Shown here piece after piece: positions 28,650 through 32,000 of a stretch of DNA of 32,000 nucleotides; the stretch's first letter is position 1; each line of letters starts with the position of its first letter. The DNA is taken from the NCBI GenBank assembly GCA_002794465.1, contig MTSL01000167.1, positions 6,073 through 38,072 on the forward strand. Direction: 5' to 3'. A program made the position numbers and the translations under genes. Origin of the DNA: Paramicrosporidium saccamoebae KSL3 (taxonomy: Eukaryota > Fungi > Cryptomycota). Below the pieces are notes generated by a model. It had not been told where the DNA came from and searched no databases. It was given only the letters and a program-made list of their open reading frames with translations.

Positions 28650-30035
28650 ATGGCATCGAAGACGTCTGCGGTTTGTCACCGGCTAAAGCGCTCATATTCT
28701 AGATAAAGGACATACGAAAGGATTGGGTCATTCCAAAGAATAGTGAATTGCGTTTCGAGGTTGATTTTACAGAGACTGTGGCCATTAAGGTAACGCTTTA
28801 CACGATAGGTTGACCATTCAGTTGCTTTCGGGAACAGCCGAGGTGTATGGTATGGAGCTTTCCACAAACAGAGAATACAAAGTTAGTGGGGCAAAACTTG
28901 CCATATTTACTTATGAAGGCGCCAAGGTGCAACTCTGCGGCAAATGCGACGTAGAATACGTGTCTTCAGAGACTGTCATGCATGCCTACCTCAACACCCA
29001 CCTCGCAATCGAAGCGATGCGCACTAACGCCATTTCGCAACAGGACGAAGTGCCGCGAATAATTGTGATGGGACAGAGTCGCTCTACGGTTACACAGATT
29101 TTATTAAACTATGCAGTGAGGGCTGGAAGGGTCCCCATGTATGTGGATTTGGATGTGGCAAGTGGAAATTTAATGCTGCCCGGTGTGGTCGGTGCGCATG
29201 TATTGGAACGGTTAGTGGATGTGGAAGAAGGATTGGGTGAGTGCCAGCCATGTATGTACTTTTTCGGGGCCACACAGACTTCGGATAATCCGAAACTGTA
29301 TCGTCGATTAATGTCCCGGCTAGCATTTTCGGTGAACGGAAGACTGGCAACAATGAATGATCCACTAAAATCGGGAGCGATCATCTGTGCAGGCGCGGAT
29401 TGCGAAGATTACATTTTGGAGATGCAAGAGCTGTTCAAGGCTAATCTCGTTCTTGTAGTTGGCAATGAAAGGTTACACAGTACAATCAGCAAGACTTTGC
29501 AGGACCGCAAAAACTGCATCGTGTTGAAACTGCCAAAATCAGGAGGAGTAGTCTCAAAAGACGCCACGTTTAGGAGAAATGTGATGCAGAGTCGCTTCCA
29601 AAAGTATTTTTATGGGCCGAAGAATGAATATTCGCCATTTTCGACATTGCTGTCGTTTGATGAAGTGCAGATTAGACGTTTGGGAGAAGGTATGTCTTTG
29701 TATAGTAGCTCATTGTAGATACTCTGGCGCCCAAATCGGCTTTACCCCTGGGAGCAGCACGCAAAGTAGACGAGTCCAAAGCAGCCAAGATTGATCCCAC
29801 AAATGCCAACATATTATACTCCGTTTTGGCCGTGTCATGGGCTGCGACCGAAGATCAGTTGAATGATGCAAATGTTGCCGGCTTTATTTATATGTATGCG
29901 TCTGCCGCATTCTGGTTAATATGTAGAACTAACGTAGACGAGGGCAAGAAACAGATTACCGCATTGTCAATGTGTCCAGGAAAGTTACCTTCCCCATTTC
30001 TACTCAAAGGAAGCCTTAAATGGATAGAGAAATAA
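28650..30035 (+). CDS. CLP1: mRNA cleavage/polyadenylation factor Clp1 (degenerate P-loop); introns 28671-28702, 28790-28821, 29690-29718, 29894-29926
   Basis: MASKTSA|IKDIRKDWVIPKNSELRFEV...K|LLSGTAEVYGMEL; AIFTYEG; LLNYAVR.GR.P.YVDLD; LVVGNERL; LPKSGGVV; YFYG; |DTLAPKSALPLG; NVAGFIY|I; PGKLPS..LL.GSLKWIE. Confidence 0.94.
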
Positions 30036-30223
30036 ATTGTTAAAATATCTCTGTTCCGTGTGTGTAATGTTTTTGGTCCGTCCAAAGTGTTTGATCCATC
30101 AACACGACACACTAACTATACGATCCCCACAGACTCGGCTGCAATTGTCAACCCATGTGCAGCTTGCTTAAAATTAAAAAATATTTACGCCTTACGTTTT
30201 AGCCTGCACGCCTGCCACAGTCA

Positions 30224-31871
30224 ATGCCTGTGCAGAACTTTATAGCCCGTTCCAAAGCTGGTTTAGAGATATACGCTCTCGAAGAGGGCAAACTTGGTGG
30301 CCCCAAGGTCCTTACCAATGAACCTACAAAACAGTGTCGCTTCAGTAGCGATGGATGCCGGATGGCCTATGCTCTGGCTACCGAGCTGGTCGTCTGCACT
30401 TGGAACGACGCTGGCGCCACTGACGAGCTTTGCAGAGTAGCCGTCAGCTGTGCGGATTTCGTACTTTCCCCTACTGGCCGCTACCTGGCGACTTTTGAAA
30501 AGCTCGTCAACGACGCTACCAAGCAACATTACAACATGGTGTTCTGGAAGGTGGAGCCTGGACGTGCGACACGGCTGGGAGCGTTTACGCACAAGATCCA
30601 GAGCACTTGGACCCCGCAGTGGACGACAGAAGAAAGCTATTTCGGACGAATGGTGTCAAATGAGGTGCAGTTTTTCAAGTCAGAGACATTGGACAAGCCC
30701 TCGTTCCGGATTCAAGCCGAGAACATTGGGGCCTTTTCCGTGTCTCCTGGATCCTATCCAAAAGCGGCCGTCTTTATCAAAGAGGCCAAGGTACCGACAT
30801 GCACCTACAACTGATCTTTAGGGAATGCCGGGCTCTGTCAAAATATTCTTGCTGCCCAACACTACGGCACCGGTCGCGCAAAAAAACTTTTACAAGGCCG
30901 ATTTATGCAACCTCAACTGGAGTCCATCGGGTAAGCATCTGTTGGTCATGTCGCAAACCGACGTGGACTCTACGGGTGTGTCGTATTATGGAGAGACCAA
31001 TTTGTACTTTTTGTCTGGAGATGGATCCTTTGATTGTCGAGTGGAGCTTGACAAGGAGGGCCCAATTCATGACTTTGCCTGGAGTCCCCGTTCAGATGAG
31101 TTTATTGTTCTCTACGGATACATGCCTGCAAAGGCAATGCTGTTTGATTTAAAGTGCAATGATATCTTTGAATTTCCGGTTGGGTCCAAAAACCATGTCC
31201 GATGGAATCAACGCGGATCTTTGATCTGCTTTGGAGGCTTTGGTAATCTTCCAGGCCACATTGAGGTGTGGAGTCGATCTGGAGCTATTCGTCGCGTGGG
31301 ACACTGTCAGACCCAAGGATCGGCCTTGTGTGAGTGGGCCCCCGATGGTGCCACCCTCTTGACTGGCGTTCTCACTCCCAGACTGCGAGTTGATAATAAT
31401 TTCAAAGTTTGGAATTGGGACGGAAGCATGCTGGGGACGACCCCATATGGCGAGTTGTATCATGTCTTGTGGCGTCCTGTAGATGCAAAAATGTTCCGCG
31501 AGGCCGATCTGAGCAAGGTTCCAACCGTAGCCTCCGGTTTATTGAACACTGACACTGTCCTCAAGAAGGAGGTGTATCGTCCACCGGGCCTGCGAAATCA
31601 GTCCCCCAAGTCTGCACCTCCCAATGCACCCCCGCCCGCCTCCAAACCTGCCCCTACTCTTTCTCAAGCTTCATCATTGACAAAGGAAGAGAGGACGGTG
31701 AAAAAGTTGCGAGAGAAGCTTGACCAAATTGCTGCCCTCAAAGACAAGCGTAATTCTGGGGAAACGATGGAGTTGAATCAGATTGAGAAAATTGAAAAGG
31801 AAGGCGAGATTCAAAAAGAGTACAAAAAGGCAATTGAAGCATTAAAGGCAACTGGCAAATCCAACCTGTGA
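30224..31871 (+). CDS. Eukaryotic translation initiation factor 2A (WD-repeat); intron 30791-30821
   Basis: SP.GRYLATFEK; W.PQWT.EE; FSVSPG; KEAK|GMPGSV; FYKAD.C.L.WSPSG; DVDSTG.SYYGETNLY; LDKEGPIHD..WSP; YGYMPAKA; FGGFGNLPG; W.PDG...LT....PRLRVDN; YRPPGLR; ELNQIEKI. Confidence 0.95.
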
Positions 31872-32000
31872 GGTTGGAACCAGTCCTCTTAAAAGTCTTG
31901 GTTTACTACATACCAAACTCACACAATTAGATAATCCAATGAACCTCATTATTTATGCGTCTGTGATTAGCTGGTGATACGGAGTGGACCAGACATGAAA

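Noticed and set aside
31960-32000. Possible next gene start (tgattagct followed by ATG AAA at 31995)
   Set aside because: Only two codons are visible before the window ends, so it cannot be supported.
1-32000. CRISPR arrays, transposons, alternative genetic code
   Set aside because: No repeat-spacer arrays, terminal inverted repeats or transposase/RT motifs were seen. All in-frame stops in conserved genes are explained by introns under the standard code.

Overview
This is a gene-dense eukaryotic, fungus-like window with no prokaryotic features, CRISPR array or recognisable transposon. Splicing by hand gives 22 protein-coding genes: ALT (3' end), PRE1, linker histone H1, ADK2/AK3, PRP45, GLC3, GDB1, an orphan tail-anchored protein, BMT5, MPC1, SAM5, a CSR1-like CRAL-TRIO protein, TTI1, an orphan secreted protein, RPS10, mL53, an EST1/SMG-like protein, NTH1, glycogenin, REI1, CLP1 and eIF2A. 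These genes contain about 29 very small introns (28-36 nt), and many intergenic spacers are only 17-130 bp. This architecture, with retained mitochondrial genes, fits a compact early-diverging fungal or Rozellomycota-like genome such as a Paramicrosporidium-like one; that assignment is inference and unverified. Main points of interest: (1) four storage-carbohydrate genes lie in two adjacent pairs, with glycogen branching and debranching enzymes head-to-head across 74 bp and glycogenin directly upstream of neutral trehalase; (2) introns follow a narrow GTA...(TG)TAG, ~30-nt pattern, with one candidate GC-AG and one candidate GT-TG junction; (3) CLP1 has a broken P-loop; (4) H1 carries about 25 S/T-P-x-K/R motifs. 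All exon structures were worked out by eye from reading-frame continuity and remembered family motifs; no database search was run.
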